DNA from: Podarcis liolepis
Taxonomy: Eukaryota
Strand: one strand, 5' to 3'
Assembly: GCA_965112155.1 (NCBI GenBank)
Contig: OZ218104.1
DNA: 64,000 nt
The position numbers were made by a program, and so were the translations under genes. How positions within the stretch are numbered: position 1 is the first letter of the stretch; every line of letters begins with the position of its first letter. The notes beneath the pieces were generated by a model. The model saw nothing but the letters and a program-made list of their open reading frames with translations. It did no database searches and was not told where the DNA came from. This document shows positions 50,359-63,713 of this stretch, piece by piece.

Positions 50359-50698
50359 AGGGGAGTGGGTGGCGCTGTGGGTTAAACCACAGAGCCTAGG
50401 GCTTGCCGATCAGAAGGTCGGCGGTTCGAATCCCTGCGACGGGGTGAGCTCCTGTTGCTCGGTCCCTGCTCCTGCCAACCTAGCAGTTCAAAAGCACGTC
50501 AAAGTGCAAGTAGATAAATAGGTACCGCTCCAGCGGGAAGGTAAACGGCGTTTCCATGTGCTGCTCTGGTTCGCCAGAAGCGGCTTAGTCATGCTGGCCA
50601 CATGAACGCCGGCTCCCTCGGCCAGTAAAGCGAGATGAGCACCGCAACCCCAGAGTCGGTCACGACTGGACCTAATGATCAGGGGTCCCTGTACCTTT
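50359..50698 (+). mobile_element. Sauria SINE
   Basis: Full length with a small internal deletion; TSD AACAATTT(G/T)GCA. Confidence 0.92.
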
Positions 50699-50749
50699 AA
50701 CAATTTTGCACCTAGGGCAACCGCCTCCATGCTATGTCAACGATTGGGG

Positions 50750-50875
50750 GCTTTTAAACAGAGATTGGATGTCCATTTGTCAGAGGTTGTTTAGCTGTGA
50801 TTCTTGCATTTCAGGGGGCTGGAATAGATGGCCCTTGGAATCTCTTGCAACCCTACATTTACATGATTCTGTGAC
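50750..50875 (+). mobile_element. CR1 3' UTR fragment
   Basis: Homologous to 29300-29417. Confidence 0.7.
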
Positions 50876-53800
50876 CAGTGGTCTAACTCAGTTCAAAGCA
50901 GCCTCCTATTCTCCTAGGGCTTTCATTCCCCGAGTGGCAGATTCTGATAACAACTCGCTGGGGCAAAGGAAGCATCTCTCTGCTCGGAAAGTGTTAATCA
51001 ACACAACAAAATAAATATAGAAGAAGCCGAAATGTTTTTGCTGAGCCCCCACTCCCTCTGCTCCTCCAGTGCTGTGCATCGCAGAGACGCATGCAACATC
51101 AAGAGCGAGTGAGAGAAGGGGAGCTGACAGCGACTCCTCAGTGGCTGAGCTAATAAATGGGATGAAATTTAAACTACCTTCTCATACAGTGCTGACTCCC
51201 GAGCTCCAGCAAGGGAAAGTAAGCAAGCGAGCGAGGAAAAGAAGAGAGATAATGCCTGGAGTATTTATATTCTAATCTAGGCAATTGAACAACAACAACA
51301 ACAACAAAGTCTTATCGCTATAAGAAGACAATGGATTTAGGAACCCTACCGCAGAAACACAGTAGGTGGATTTAATCTCTCTCATGGTAGATTTTCTGCA
51401 ATTTCTTTTAAAGTGAGAAGGCTGCGAGTAAACTAGGGCAGACTTATTCTCCCTTGCTTTTGCCAAGGTTGATAGCTGTGGTTATTTATATATATGTATC
51501 TTGGGTAAAAAGTATGTGTGCATGGGTTTCTCTGCTCTGTTCAGTGACTCATGTTATCAAGATGTGAACCTCTTTGCCTGGAAAAATATGAAGCTTTTCC
51601 TCTTGATCAGAGATGAATAGTTCCTTCCCGAAGCAGGTTCCTCAGAACAAGACTTGTGGTTTGGGGAGAGGTGTTTTGTTTTTGCTTTGTTTTGCTGATT
51701 GCTTTACGGAACATGTATCTCTGGTAAATCACATCCCATTCATAGCCAGAAAATAATGAAAGCAGAGTTCGAATACTGGGGCTTTGGAGTATGTGGGGAA
51801 GTAGAACTCATTCTCAGATTTGGGGCAGTGGTGGAGTAGGTGCTGTCAAGGTAGCATCTCTCAAGCATGTTGTGCAAACTTTCCCCACAGGAGATGCAGC
51901 GCTTGGGTTCCGAACAAGTATTGTGCCAAGGGATAATGTTGAAAGGATGTGTGCTTGCTTTTATAACAACTTCTGTGTGGTTTCTGCTGCTGGGGATATA
52001 TGATTTTGCGTTTGGGAGAGTCACTCAGATGAGATGACGTTATCTCCTGAGGTTTTCTGGTACAGATGATGGTGATGTTTTGTGACCATCGAGTTGTGCT
52101 TTTCCTACAGTAAATTACTGTACACAGCCCACTTATGCAATAATGGATGCCTCAAATGTCTGACGGGCTTTATCTATCTATTAATTTTTTTTCTGGGCAT
52201 GCATGTGGACGAGAGAGTGTGCGTGCGAGAGGAGAAGTGTGTGTTATGCGACATGCACATACCAGGTGGAGGTGGCACCATCTTCACGCCTGCCAATTTT
52301 GTCTAGGATAAATCTTTCGTAGGCAGCTTGTAAAAAGCACCAGGCAGCATGATACAGTGTCTTAAGCCATCTTGGGTAGTCATAATTAGCAGCCAGAATG
52401 AATGACAGGTAAATTGCAGCTGCCACACAGACGGAACATATCTGGAGTGGGAGAAGAAGAGGGGCTGATGGCAGGCAGGCTTAGGGTGGCTTGTAAGAAA
52501 ACGCAAGCTTATAGACCCCCTAAGGGCACATCTACAGCTAGGCTTCGAAGAAGTGCAGAAGTGTCTTTGCACTTCTGCAGTGTGCATATGGAGAGACTCG
52601 TACAATAACAACCCTAGTACTCTTTCTGAAAAGAAGTATGGATTGAATCAAACTAAGCCCTACTCTGAGTAGACCCATTGAACTTAATGAACCTAATTTA
52701 GTCATGCCCCTGAACATCAAAGGGTGTACTCTGCATAGGGCTAATGCTGGATACAACCCTATAATTCTGTCCACACTTGTCACTGGAGTTTCACTCATAA
52801 TAAAATTCAAGTAAGTTCAGGTCTTCCTCTGGATTTGTTTGGGTTTTTTCGGGAGGCAACATTTAAGGGATTTTGACAAAAGTCAAAAGGGTTTTTGGAT
52901 AAGACCAATCCTTCTTTGGATGCAGGAGATGGTTGAATTGTATCACATTTGTACTTGTTGGCAGCCGTCTTTCTCGGGAGACAATTGGTGAAGTCTTTGT
53001 GGGTGAAGTCAAACCATTGGAGAGTTACAGCACCTGCAGAGCCTTTAGAGACCAATACGGGAGAGACATGTTTTGCTACAGCTGGGGCAGGTGAAGGCGT
53101 CGTGCTGCTGCAGGTGCACCATTTGTGTATGTTCTTTCTGCACTCTCCCCAGCCATCATTCCTCCCTCTGGTCACTGCTGTGGATGCACAACCTGTATTG
53201 GTTCACACCCCTGCTTCAGTCCTTTCTTGCTTTAGCTATCTCAGAGTTACTTGTCACCAAGCAAGTAAACTTCTCCCTGTGCTATACCGCTTTAGACTCG
53301 TGTTAAGTGAATGATCCTTCATTGTTTTGTTGTTGTTTTTTAAAAAATGGAATTTCATGCGCATGAAACACCAGCAGGTCAGGGGGAAAAAGATAAGCTA
53401 GAATTCTGCTGCCTGGACACTCTAGAACAGAGGAGTGAAGGAAGCTGTTTTATTCTGAATCAGACTGCCGGTTCATCTAGCTCAGTATGGTCCACATTGA
53501 ATGGCCCTTAGCTCTTCCAGGTCTTTATCACCCTGAGACACTACAGGCGGGACAGGCTGCCTTGCTATGGGTTTTCAAGTGAAGGCTGGAGCAACGACGT
53601 TCCCAAATTGTCAGGGGATTGGGCGAGATAACTCTTGAAGTTCCTCACAACTCTGTGATCCCTCTCTTCTCTTGTTTTAAAGCGACATGATTTTATCTAG
53701 TTGTATGGGTGTGTTTTTTTTGTTTGGTAATTTTTTAATTTTAATCTTCTGACGCACAAAAAGCAAAAATAGCCATGATATAGAAGAGAGAGAAGAGATC

Positions 53801-55660
53801 AGTGCTAGAAAGGAAAAGAAAGGAAAGAGGTGGGGGAGCAGTAGTATTCCAAAAACACAAATACCAGACAATTGCCCTTCATGGTCATTTTATCCAGGAA
53901 TGTCCCCCGCCCCTGCAAAGGACTCCATGGGGACAGGAAACTCTTCCAGTCATATTCCTTTAACGCATTCAGTAAACAGATGCCAACCTTTAGAAGTTTC
54001 CCTTCATTTTTGGAATCTAGTGGTGTGTTTTACTCGTAGCCTTTTATTCTAACAACAGTTTGATATATGTTGTAAGCTGCTTAGAGTGTCCTTGTTTTGG
54101 GGGTAAAAATAAGCTCAAGATATTTTAGGAACTTGGGGAGCTGCCTTATACCGAGTCAAGCTAATAGTCCCATCTATTGCCAGTGGTGACTGACAGTGGC
54201 TCTCCAGGGTTACAAACAGGGACTCTTTCCCAGCCCTACCTGGGGATGCTGGGGATTGAACTTGAGACCTTCTGCATCCAAAACAGAGTCTCTCCTGCTG
54301 AGCCATGGTCCTTTCCCACAGCTGAGCCTTGGCATTGAAATGGGTTTCAGGACCCACATCTATTCCAAATTGAAACCAGGTTCCCAGGCTGGTGTTAGCC
54401 ACAGCTCTGCAGCCCCCCTTGCCCCACCACTAGTTAAGTGCTCAAAGGCTCTCCTTGTATCTTCCGTAAGGGACCTGACATTCCCGCATAGACAGAACAA
54501 ATGGGCTAGCGAGGGGATTCATCAAAATTAGGAAGGAGACAGAGCCGCAAGCGTAAGCCTGCAAGCGCCACTTTGCCTCTTGCCTCCTCCTCCTCCCCAG
54601 CACCCTCCCCTGCCGAGATGCAGTCTATTTTCTGGTGCTTAAGTTTCCAATGAGGCAAAGTTTTCTTGTAGGTTCATAGATCGGCTTGGCAGAGAAATGG
54701 CTCCAAATGTCTTTATCTGCACCGTCCTCGCCTGGCAGTAAATGCCAACGGCAAAAGAGCGTCGGAAGAAAGGAAAATAAACAAGCGGGACTCTCCAACA
54801 ATAAAGCAGGAATAAAATCTCTCTTGATGGTTGAGAGCAGGGCGCCATCCACCTGGATGCCCTCAGGTTTAACTAACACTTGAAAATTGCATGCTACTGT
54901 GGACATTTCAGGCTGCTTTCACTCGACTTTAAATGATTTTGTGGACACGTCCAGGGCTGGCAGAATTCTCTGGACAGGAGTAAGTCAGGTGCTACAGGTG
55001 GCAAGTGATGCCTAGCAGTGGCCACCCACAGCCCTTCTTCCTGAGTCCCCAGCCCAGTGGTAGCAAATGCCCACTGAGAGCAGTGGGCCAGAAGGCAAGG
55101 AGCCCAACAGTTGGTGGCAACAGAGCCAATCATTAGGTAATTCTGGTTTTGTCCCCATCCTTCTGCCTGTAGAGTTCTATAATGGAAACACAGAGACCAA
55201 GAAGGAGAAAGCTGACAGCCAGCCCCCCCAGACTGAAAGAAGTGGAAGAGGTGGGAGCTAGCTGGGGGCAAACTGAGGCTGGTGGGGCATTTGCCCAAAT
55301 AGAGCTGCCTCCACTGGATTCAATCATGCAGATATTCTGGGGGCAGTTCTAGACTTAAGGGGCAGCAAGGGAGAAAGGGCAACATTTTTAAGAGAACAGC
55401 TGACCTGGGGCCAGACACACTTTGCCAGCATGAACCTACCTTTAAGGGTTTTAGGGGGATGATAAACTGAAGGGGCACCCAATGTCTCGAGCACCTTTGG
55501 AAGATACATGATTGATCGATTGATGCAATAATAAAATAGTGTCATTTGTGCAATACCCTTTCATATTTGGAGAGGTGAGGAGAAATGGACATATTCAGGA
55601 ATGAAAAAAATTTGGGTTATGGAGAGGGGAGAAAGAAGCCATGTTCTTCCAACATCAAAT

Positions 55661-55925
55661 TCTTCTTCTTCTTCTTCTTCTTCTTCTTCTTCTTCTTCTT
55701 CTTCTTCTTCTTCAATCACTTGTAGCTGAGTAAGATTGTCTTCCATGAACACTGCCTTAACAGTGAGTACTTAAGTAACTGGGGAGGCCAATTCTGGATC
55801 CACACGCCCTTCCACATTGGGGACGTAAGTTTCCTGGTGGGAACTGATCACAGCGAGGGTTTGCCAAACGTGCCTTCCTCTTAGCACGTTTCTCCCTTTC
55901 ATCCTGAGTTCGAGCATTTTCAGAG
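55661..55925 (-). mobile_element. RTE-clade LINE 3' end with expanded (GAA)n tail
   Basis: ENARTQDEREKRAKRKARLANP; homologous to 1839-2070. Confidence 0.88.
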
Positions 55926-56480
55926 TGATATGTAGAATTTTTCAGAAACACTGTTGATAGAATCTTTCAAGGAGATGGTGTTTATACGTGGTCCATGTTT
56001 CACAAGCATACAGTAAGGTGGGTAGTACAATAGCTTTGCAAACAAGCATTTTGGTTTCCCTGTGAATGTTCTGGTCCCCAAACACTCTGTGGGCACTTGC
56101 CATATGGATTTGATATTAGAAGGAGTAATAACCACCTTGCCATGCTAGAAATGAGCAGGTCACGCTGTTCTATGCTCTTCTGCAACCAGCACCATGGAGG
56201 CTTCCATTGGTTTTACATCTCTGGGACCAGCTGGTGGTTTTTACTCTGCAAAGACTCATTCAACTGAAGTCTTGGCTGTTTACTTCTTTGAACCTACACG
56301 GACAGGGCAAGCCAAACATTCCAGATAAGCAAAGACTGACTTGCGTTTATCTGCCCTGTGTTGCAATATCTGTAGCAGTGCTGCATGGACATCTCTGTAG
56401 GAGATGTGAGATGCTAAGCCCTTTTCTTTGTTTCCTTTTCTCGGTACCCACAGCAGCATTTGGAGCTTCATAAGGCAATA

Positions 56481-56621
56481 NNNNNNNNNNNNNNNNNNNN
56501 NNNNNNNNNNNNNNNNNNNNNNNNNNNNNNNNNNNNNNNNNNNNNNNNNNNNNNNNNNNNNNNNNNNNNNNNNNNNNNNNNNNNNNNNNNNNNNNNNNNN
56601 NNNNNNNNNNNNNNNNNNNNN
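56481..56621. other. Assembly gap (141 N)
   Basis: Run of N. Confidence 0.99.
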
Positions 56622-56749
56622 GTTTGCTGGTCGAATCTGTTGAATGTTCATCCAGTCCCTTCTTGCTGCTTTTTGACCAGCTCTGTACGGCAGCGGCTGC
56701 GTTTAGTGTGATGATGGAGGAAAGCAGGTGTCAAGGTGTTCCTCTAGGT

Positions 56750-56887
56750 CAGCAGTTCTTACCCTGTGGGTCCCCAGATGTTGTTGGACTACAACACCCA
56801 TCATCCCTGAGCTCTGGCCTTGCTAGCTAGGTATGATGGGAGTTGTAGTCCAACAACATCTGGGGACCCACAGGTTGAGAACCGCTG
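56750..56887. mobile_element. hAT palindromic MITE
   Basis: CAGCAGTTCTTACCCTGTGGGTCCCCAGATG...CATCTGGGGACCCACAGGTTGAGAACCGCTG; TSD CTCTAG(G/A)T. Confidence 0.9.
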
Positions 56888-58294
56888 CTCTAGATGACCT
56901 GTCCGTTGAGCTTTCATCTTGATTTGTTTCCATGGAGATTAGGGCAGTGCTTCTCAAGCTGATGTGGTGGACTGGGAATCCCACCACCACCTCATGTGCC
57001 AAGGACCAGTAGCATTTTTGGTCCCTGAACTATCCCACCCAACCTGGGCTTTGGGAACCGGCAGCTGATGGCTCATGGCCTGGCTTGTCCACTTTGAGTA
57101 GCACTAGATTAGGGAACACTGTCTATTTAATACACATACATTCTGATTTGCTTGCAGGGAGGTTAGACGGTGTTGTGCCAAAACAAGATTTACCCCACAC
57201 TTCTCAGTGCATTTCCCTGTCACTTTCCTAAGCACAAAAAGTATGTTCTTTTGGGGAAGCAGGATATCTGCATGAAACCTCTCAACCAACTATAACTGTG
57301 CAGCTTAAACTTGCAACTGAATCCCATCCAGAAAAGAGTGGCGTTCTGGAGAAGAGAAAAGGGCTCAGCTGGTATATCAGGATTTATTTGAGCTCTCATA
57401 GGATCATCTCCAAACCCCACCCTATGTTACATCCAGTGTTAATTCTTCCAGGTGCAGATACAGCGTTTTCTAGTGTAGGTCAATTTAGGTGCAAGATCTA
57501 GGAATGAGTGGGCCCCATTCTGCTTTCTTTGGGTTCTGTGGCTTTGCTTCGCTCTGCATCCTCTTCCTTCCTGCTGCCGTTTGATCTCCAGTTCCTGGAG
57601 GAGAGCAGGAGTGAGCAAAGGGGATGTCCCCACTTTCCCTTCACTGTGTGAGGGCAGTAACTCTTGAAATGGGAGAATTTCTGAAATTAATTCCAGAATG
57701 GAAGCCTGCGTGCACAGACTGCGGATGCTTCCACGCCGCAGTTGTATTTGCAGACTCGGTGCTGCTCACATCCACCAGAGTGCAGGGCCATATTCCCTCA
57801 CCATATTATCCAGATTTGCCGCTCACATGGAAAAATCCACTAAGTGTAAAGAAGCAAAATGTGGAAATTAAATCCAGATTAACCAGGGAGAAAATTATGG
57901 GTTAGCATATTGATGAGGATGGCACTGTGCAAAAAACTTGCATGCCTGAGTATCACCGAGTCACAATAATCAGCCATATGGACGCAGAGTGCCACAGTTT
58001 TCACTTCATCGGTATTTTCCTTCCTTCCTTTGTATTGGGAACTGTTGTAGCATAGTGGCTAAGAGGCTGAGCTACGAATGAGGAAGGCCCTGGTTTAAAT
58101 CTTACCTTTTGCACCACAGATGCACTAAGGCAAGATAGTCAAGTCACTCTTTCTTGACCTTGGTCACCCATTTGTAATATGGGGGTTGTTAAAGGATTGC
58201 CACTGGCAATGCTCACCAAGTGCTTTGAAGATTGAAAGCAGTGTTAGATATTCTGTTTAAGCACTACATCGCCAGTGTTCGTGGGTGCATGGAT

Positions 58295-58737
58295 TAGAGA
58301 TGTGCAAGTATGTCAATTTTGGTTTATCTTGGTTTCTCATTTTTGCAACCTTAAACTTAAGTTCTCCAGATTTCCACATCAGGTTTGTGAATTTTCTAAA
58401 AAGAAAAGTTCTCAAGAAAATCTGTTCACGTTTTAGCGCAAATTTCTCCCAATATACACATATCTCTATGCAATTTTGCCTAACCTACATATTTCCACAA
58501 AGCTATTTTCCCTAACGTAATGCATTTTAGTACGCTATTTTTATCTGTAGACACATTTTTATGCACACTTTACCCCAGGACGTGCATTTTTGGCTGGAGA
58601 AAACTGGATTGCAAAATTTGGAACTTTGCGATTTTAAAGGATTTGTGGGTTTCAGTTCATTGAATCTTTCTGGAAGGTGCAGATTAGGTAATTCACCCTT
58701 AAATGTGCATTGAATTGAATTTCTCCCTCTATCCGTA
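58295..58737. mobile_element. AT-rich non-autonomous DNA element (TAGGGATG-type termini)
   Basis: TAGAGATG...TATCCGTA termini; multiple homologues in the window. Confidence 0.65.
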
Positions 58738-59273
58738 GCTTGGACCGAAGGAAAGAGAGAACGAAAACAATGCTACAATTCTTTTGTGACTTCATTGGAC
58801 CCTTTTTGATTGTACCTCCCCTCCACCTTTTAGTGTTTACCCAACTATTTTGTTTTTTGCATGCCTGAAAAACAAGTATGCTGATGCCTCCCTCTTGTTT
58901 GTGGAGCTGTTTTTCAAACTGCATAAGCAACAGCACACAGAGCCTGGATGCTGGACCTGGGGAAAAATTTGGATGCAGAGATTTTCAGAAACATGACTAG
59001 CAAAAAATAAAAATAATAAAATATTTTGCTGGGTAGCAGAAAATACGTTGCTGTTAAATCTGCTTTTCCTCTCATCTCCTGTTTCCCCTTTTGCCAATTG
59101 GCTGCCACTGGCTTTGAAACTTGCATGCAGTCGTGGGCATCATTTTTAGCAACCCAGTTATTTTGGGATAGCCAGAAATGTACACACTCCTGATTCAGTT
59201 TAAATAAATGCAGGTGAAAAGGTGTGTTGTATACAAAGCATTCAGCAGTTGATGCTAGAATGCAGTCACTTTG

Positions 59274-59279
<6 letters not shown>

Positions 59280-59344
<65 letters not shown>
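59280..59344. repeat. (CT)n(GT)n compound microsatellite
   Basis: Read directly from the sequence. Confidence 0.95.
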
Positions 59345-59919
59345 CAGAATGTCTTTCTAATAATAAGGGAGTGCTGGAAAAAGCGGATGCCACAATCAGC
59401 CTAAAGAGCACATGGGAAAATATGATTGCATGTAATTTTGTGATGATGAAAATAAGCCATACCGGTGTGCCTTTTTTAAAATAAAAAAATACATGGCTTG
59501 CATACAACATTGATGAGGAGAAGTCAAAGGAAAGTTTTGCTGTGCTTCAGAGGGAGTGGGGATTTGGCTGGGGGTGCCCTTGAAAATATGGCTTATCCTC
59601 CATTTTGAGGCAGAAGGTTTGTCCATCTTCATGGTGCATTTTGGTTGGACCTCCTGCAAGGTGGGGATACAGTGGGGTTTCTTCAGCACTGCTGCTTCCC
59701 TGTAGCACTTGGGAGTAAGGATGAGAGAAGGCACAGTTTCCCCTTTCACCCTGCATTTTTCACATGCAGCACTGTTTCTGTTTCGGTGCAGTTCACCTGT
59801 CAAAAACTACATTACACATCTTGCCATCAGCTGTGAAGATATGACGTAACTTGCGTAGTGAATTACGTAAATTACTTTATTTCGTTCCATTCATTTCACT
59901 GGAAAGGAGATACCATACA

Positions 59920-60284
59920 TTCTTGGTGTCTGATCTTCCCAGTCATTTTCGTCGTTTTCGGCATAGTCAAAAGATTTTAAAAAGAATGGACTAATTTTGT
60001 AGAATATACGAAGGAGCGTTGTAAACATTTGAAAACATTAGCAGGCCTAGAACAGCACTGGTGATATAATTAGGGTAAAATTTGTAATAAGGGAGATGAA
60101 TAAATTAGATAAAGATATAAAGACGCAGAAAAGATAAGAGGTAATGATGAGAAACTGGGGAGGAGGGTGGGGGGAAGTCCAGGGGTTGAGAACCTCCAAA
60201 ATATAATGTTTTGTTGTGTTGATATGAATCTAAAATGTAAGCAAAAAATAATAATATTTAAAATAAAATATACTTTTTTTGAAA
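59920..60284 (+). mobile_element. Short L1 insertion with 5' inversion
   Basis: 59920-59968 is antisense L1 ORF2 end and 59969-60284 is the sense continuation plus 3' UTR. 17-bp TSD AAAGGAGA(T/C)ACCATACA. Confidence 0.8.
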
Positions 60285-61537
60285 AAAGGAGACACCATAC
60301 AAATGGGAGGAGAATGTGATTGATCATGTATCATTTGAAGTCTGACAATAACAACAACAGTGACTATTGATTGTGTTCCCTGGATTGATTTTTGTTTTGG
60401 ATATGGGGCAAACATCGACAATTTCCTCTCCTGTTTTTGTTGGAATTCTCTGACATTTCTACTTGGCTGTCTGCCTCCCCCCACTCCATATAGTCCAAAC
60501 ATTTCAAGATTCAAAATAACCATTGACACCTCCAGTTTTTCAGGGGCATCCTGGTAGGATTCAGTTCCCAAGCCATGAGCCGGTGTCAAAGCAAGCCCTT
60601 ATATGTGGGAACTTAATTTGACCCTGGGCTCCGTTCCCTGGATGTTTTCTGTCTTGGCTCTGAAGCTTGGGCTTGGCCTGTTTGTGCTGTCTTTCCTTTT
60701 TCTCTTTCCTTTCTGGAAACACTTAGCTGGCAACCCCGGGAAGGCAGAACTTTGCTCGAATCCAGTAGGACTGCTCATACATTCTTAATAACCACTCCTA
60801 TTATATAGATATATCCTCAGAAGGCAGCATGTCTTCTTAAATGTTCACATTTCTGTGATGGCCAGCAATTAGTATAGCGAGGCGAGTGCAGAGACTAGAG
60901 CCACTAGGAGCTAGGTCTGAATGAAAAACCCACTGCTTCTGTTAGCAGAGTGTTGCTCAGAAGAAGTATGTGCGGCTTTAGGTCAGAGGGTGGTGGGGAG
61001 AGGAAGGGAATCTTTTTCTTCTAGCCTGAGGGCCTTCATCTCTCGTGGGCGACCTGCTAGTATGCTCTGGCAAGAGTGGATGTGTCCAGACATACACCAC
61101 TCTCCAGTCTCCACCCAGGCAATATTATGGTATTATTACAGTCCAAAGGCACATTGCAGCAAGGCAGAGTCACTAGAGGTGGACACAGAACAGAGCTAGT
61201 GAGAAGTGCGGCCGGGGGGGGGGGCATAGTTTAGGCAAGGACTAGATAGAGAGGCCTGGAGGGCTGCATTCAACCACCAGGCTGAGGTCCCCACCCCTCT
61301 TTTAGGCTTTCCTTCACAATAATGAGCAATAACTGTCCCACTTATGTTAAGAATTGGAGCAAACTCCAGTATAGGGCAGAGGTGGGGAACTTCCTGGCCA
61401 AGTGCTGGGGGTTGGTGTGGCCAATATGGCCCACGAGACCCAATTTCTCCAAATCACGCCCACCAGCTGATGTCCTTGCTGATGAGCGCTGAGCTATAAC
61501 CTTTCGGACCAAAGATTTGGGGCATTCTAGGCTGCAA

Positions 61538-61785
61538 CTCCTGCCAACCAAGCAGTTCAAAAGCACGTCAAAGTGCAAGTAGATAAATAGGTACCACTCC
61601 AGCGGGAAGGTAAACAGCGTTTTCGTGCACTGCTCTGGTTCGCTAGAAGCGGCTTAGTCGTGCTGGCCACATGACCCAGAAGTTGTATGCCGGCTCCCTC
61701 GGCCAGTAAAGCGAGATGAGCGCCGCAACCCCAGAGTCGGTTATGACTGGACCTAATGGTCAGGGGTCTCTTTACCTTTACCTTT
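61538..61785 (+). mobile_element. 5'-truncated Sauria SINE
   Basis: Starts at CTCCTGCCAACC; (ACCTTT)n tail; TSD TAGGCTGCAA. Confidence 0.92.
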
Positions 61786-62482
61786 AGGCTGCAAACAGAA
61801 GCTTGGTTTGGCTTCTGTGATTCTGGGATGTCCCACTTAAAACAGGGCAGCTGCAGGGTACATAGGCTGCTCTTTCTCACATGCTGCCTAAACCACGGGG
61901 GAGGAGGGTGGGGAAATGTTGCTGGACTCGCAGCTCCCATCGTTCCTGACTGTTTCTGGCTGGGGCTAATGTGAGTTGGAATCTAGCAGCACCTCAAGAG
62001 CCCAGAGGTTCCCCCCACCCCTGGTTCAAGCAACAACAACAACAACCAAACTTGTTTCCATGTGCACCTATTTGGCGCCTGCAATCTGAGGACTGAGTTG
62101 TATGTCTCTGGGATTCTCTATCTTCGCCAGCAGCATCCAGCAATTCAATTCTGTGCTTTACTGTCACAGGCTTCAAGCACAGAGGCAATAAGAGGCTGCG
62201 GCGGAGAGAGAGGCTTTGTGTTGCTATCATTTGGGCTTTTCATTTTCTTTCTGGGAAACACGCTCAATTTATTCCGTGCTGGAAAGAAAGCATGACATAA
62301 CTGAGCATTATTTTAATAACCGTAGAGTGTGACCTTTTGATATAAGGTTTCCCCCCCCCCTTAGTTCCCTTCTCCAGGTTGTCCTAGGGTGGCTGCCCCC
62401 AACGCCTCTCCCTCATTATGCTACTTCCCAGGCAGGACCTCCATGTGCATGGGGCTGGCTGGGAAATGTACACCCCATAAAA

Positions 62483-62608
62483 TGATAGAGTTGGAAGGGA
62501 CCATGAGGGTCATCCAGTCCAACCCCCTGCAATGCAGGAATCTTTTGCTGGACATGGGGCTTGAACCCACAACCCTGTGATTAAGAGTTTCATGCTCTTC
62601 TGACTGTC
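62483..62608 (-). mobile_element. tRNA(Lys)-like SINE with CR1-like tail
   Basis: Homologous to 44025-44152. Confidence 0.78.
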
Positions 62609-63595
62609 CTAGCACAGGATTCAAGGAAATTTCACTTCTTCTTTATTTTAGAATAAAGCAAGAGGGAGCTACCTCCCCCCCCCTTTCGCTGCCTCAAATT
62701 ACATAATGCACAATGAGGCTAAATATAATCTGCAGATTCCATCGCTTCTGAACACACACACACACACACACACACTCACAAACATTCACACAACTCCAGG
62801 CACGGCTTTTTATCCCCCTGTACATTATGCTTTGTGTTTTTTCCACTCGTACGGTATCTTTGCAGTTACCCACAGAGGCAGCTTGCAATCCCCTGGAGAA
62901 CAAGGGGAGCCAAGGGGATTCTTATATGCCTTTGCCGTTGCGCAGAGGAAGCCAGCTTATCTTTTTTTTTTTTGGAAAAATACACACACACACGCAAATT
63001 TTGAACCTGCGTTTTGCATTCCTAATGTGAGCAGCCTGAATCAGACTGAAAGCAATCAGCCCTGTCCTAATTCTCTGGCACATGCATTTGCAGCTGCCCC
63101 ACCCCTATAAAAATTGGTTCACAATGGGGAAGAGGGGGGCAGGAAGCCAGGCAGCTGTTTTTGATGCCTGATAGGGGTTACCTCTATAATAAGAAGAGGT
63201 CATCGCTTGCAGAAGCTTCATCTTTAGGGGAGAGAATAATCCTCTTTTTCATCTTTTTCCCCTTTTCCTAGTTATGTCAGAGTTACACTCTGGCTCCGTT
63301 TTAATCACAGACAAGCCAGTGCTGCTACTGAATGGCTGGCTATTACAAAGTGGGAGCCTGTGGTGATCATTAGCCAGTTTTGCGTGCGTTTGGGGCTTTG
63401 CACACCTCTCATTCTGAAATTTCATTGCCGGCTTTTTCAGACACTTTAACCATGGCCTGCTGGTGGTGTTTAAAGTCTCTGTACCACCATCCTGCTAAAA
63501 TGCAGGATAAGGCTTGAACATAGGGGTGGGGGAGAAATCTGATTCAGTTTGCATTTAAAGGAGAATTTTGCACTTTCCAAAACAATACAGAAAGT

Positions 63596-63713
63596 GATAG
63601 CTCAGTTGGTTGGAGCATGGTGCTGACAACACCAAGGTCGCAGGTTCGATCCCTGTATGGGACAGCTGCATATTCCTGCACTGCAGGGAGTTGGCCCTTC
63701 CAACTCTATGTTT
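63596..63713 (+). mobile_element. tRNA-derived SINE nested in a DNA element (63521-64000)
   Basis: GATAGCTCAGTTGGTTGGAGCATGGTGCTGACAACACCAAGGTCGCAGGTTCGATCCC head and CCCTTCCAACTCTATG tail. Confidence 0.85.

Noticed and set aside
56280-56711. ORFs spanning the N run
   Set aside because: Artefacts of the assembly gap.
63596-63667. tRNA genes here and at about 420-487, 44090-44152 and 49995-50067
   Set aside because: The cloverleaves are degenerate and fused to CR1-like tails in several copies; they are SINE heads.
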